In this document: positions 5,871-6,199 of the stretch, one piece after another
Layout of the letters: every line of letters starts with the position of its first letter
Numbering within the stretch: the stretch's first letter is position 1
Virus record (IMG/VR): IMGVR_UViG_3300020030_000007
Coordinates: 1 to 6,199 of that record
DNA length: 6,199 nt
Reading direction: 5' to 3' (one strand)
Origin: a virus
Position numbers and translations under genes: made by a program
The notes under the pieces: model-generated
What the model was told of the DNA's origin: nothing
Databases searched by the model: none
What the model saw: only the letters and a program-made list of their open reading frames with translations

Positions 5871-6070
5871 TACAAAAAACTCCTAAGACAATCGAACTTG
5901 ATGGAGGGGTGATCAAGACGACAACGGATAAGATAATCAGTTGCAGGATTCTCCTCGGAAAACCAGGCAATAACAACACGTTTCCTGCCACGGTATGCAC
6001 CAATAGAGAAACGGTAAGGAATGCTGTCAATAACAGGCGAAAAGCGAGGGCGAAAATCAAATATATCCAT
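5870..6070 (-). CDS. Hypothetical protein, 66 aa, translationally coupled to VP4
   Basis: ATG at 6068-6070. The TAA at 5870-5872 overlaps the VP4 ATG by 1 nt (TAATG). T-ending codon bias matches VP1. The ORF-track version (5870-6193) begins at a GTG inside the structured noncoding region, and its 41 extra codons lack that bias, so I prefer the ATG start. Confidence 0.6.
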   Translation of the reverse strand: MDIFDFRPRFSPVIDSIPYRFSIGAYRGRKRVVIAWFSEENPATDYLIRCRLDHPSIKFDCLRSFL

Positions 6071-6078
6071 AATCAAAA

Positions 6079-6199
6079 AATAATACTTTGCGCTTCGAAA
6101 GACGGTACTTTCGAGCGCGAAAACTGTTTCGTTACGCCGCTCGACGGCCTTAACGGCCGGGACGCTTCGCGTCTTCGAGCTCCATGGCTTCACTTCACA
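6079..6199. repeat. Terminal redundancy, copy 2 (identical to 1-121)
   Basis: Same comparison. The repeat runs to the last base of the window, which is typical of a circular contig reported with an overlap. Confidence 0.97.

Larger units (their letters stand above)
1..6078 (-). other. Complete circular Microviridae genome unit (6078 nt); coding/virion-sense strand is the minus strand of this window
   Basis: The exact 121-nt head-to-tail overlap (1-121 = 6079-6199) closes the circle. The gene set VP4 + VP1 + VP2 plus small ORFs, all on one strand with gaps of 1-22 nt, is the standard Microviridae architecture. Positive-sense packaging is established for the family. Confidence 0.9.

Noticed and set aside
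5880-5884. AGGAG Shine-Dalgarno-like motif 9 nt upstream of the VP4 ATG
   Set aside because: It is the only such motif among the nine starts and lies in the coding sequence of the preceding ORF (codons for L-R-S). I cannot distinguish a functional site from chance, so it is not annotated as a feature.
1430-6065. Additional TAnnTTTG matches on the minus strand (1430-1437, 2765-2772, 6058-6065)
   Set aside because: All fall inside coding sequence; 6058-6065 lies just after the ATG of the 66-aa ORF. None has a TTTG -33 partner at proper spacing. A pattern with six fixed bases is expected once or twice by chance in 6 kb of T-rich sequence.
5870-6193. 107-aa version of the small ORF upstream of VP4, as given in the ORF track
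   Set aside because: It begins at GTG within the terminal-overlap and hairpin region. The 41 extra codons lack the T-ending codon bias seen from the internal ATG (6070) onward, and that ATG has the AT-rich leader typical of the other genes. It is kept only as an alternative model.

Overview
The window holds one complete circular genome of a small ssDNA phage of the family Microviridae. It belongs to the gokusho/alpa-like lineage rather than the phiX-like one, and it is shown as the reverse complement of the coding (virion-sense) strand. Bases 1-121 recur exactly at 6079-6199, so the unit circle is 6078 nt and the window ends are an overlap, not biological termini. All nine supported genes lie on the minus strand and are tightly packed. 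In transcription order they are: a 66-aa ORF joined by a TAATG overlap to the HUH rolling-circle Rep (VP4, 356 aa); the major capsid protein VP1 (603 aa); three small ORFs (acidic 98 aa, Arg/Cys/His-rich 64 aa, 63-aa predicted lipoprotein); the pilot/minor capsid protein VP2 (427 aa); an 80-nt gap; and two ORFans (105 and 107 aa). A noncoding region of about 244 nt follows and closes the circle; it is dense with stem-loops, including a compact three-way junction. VP1, VP4 and VP2 are recognised from signature motifs recalled from memory, since no search could be run. The most interesting items are: (1) the tiny lipoprotein with a clean lipobox just upstream of VP2, a candidate lysis or exclusion factor in a lineage with no established lysis gene; (2) the three-gene cassette inserted between VP1 and VP2; (3) the structured noncoding region as a candidate replication origin; and (4) the two ORFans behind a possible Bacteroides-type internal promoter. 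Eight of nine starts lack a Shine-Dalgarno motif, leaders are AT-rich, the lipobox is LSSC, and VP1, VP2 and the genome are large. Together these suggest an Alpavirinae-like phage of a Bacteroidota host, but that is inference only.
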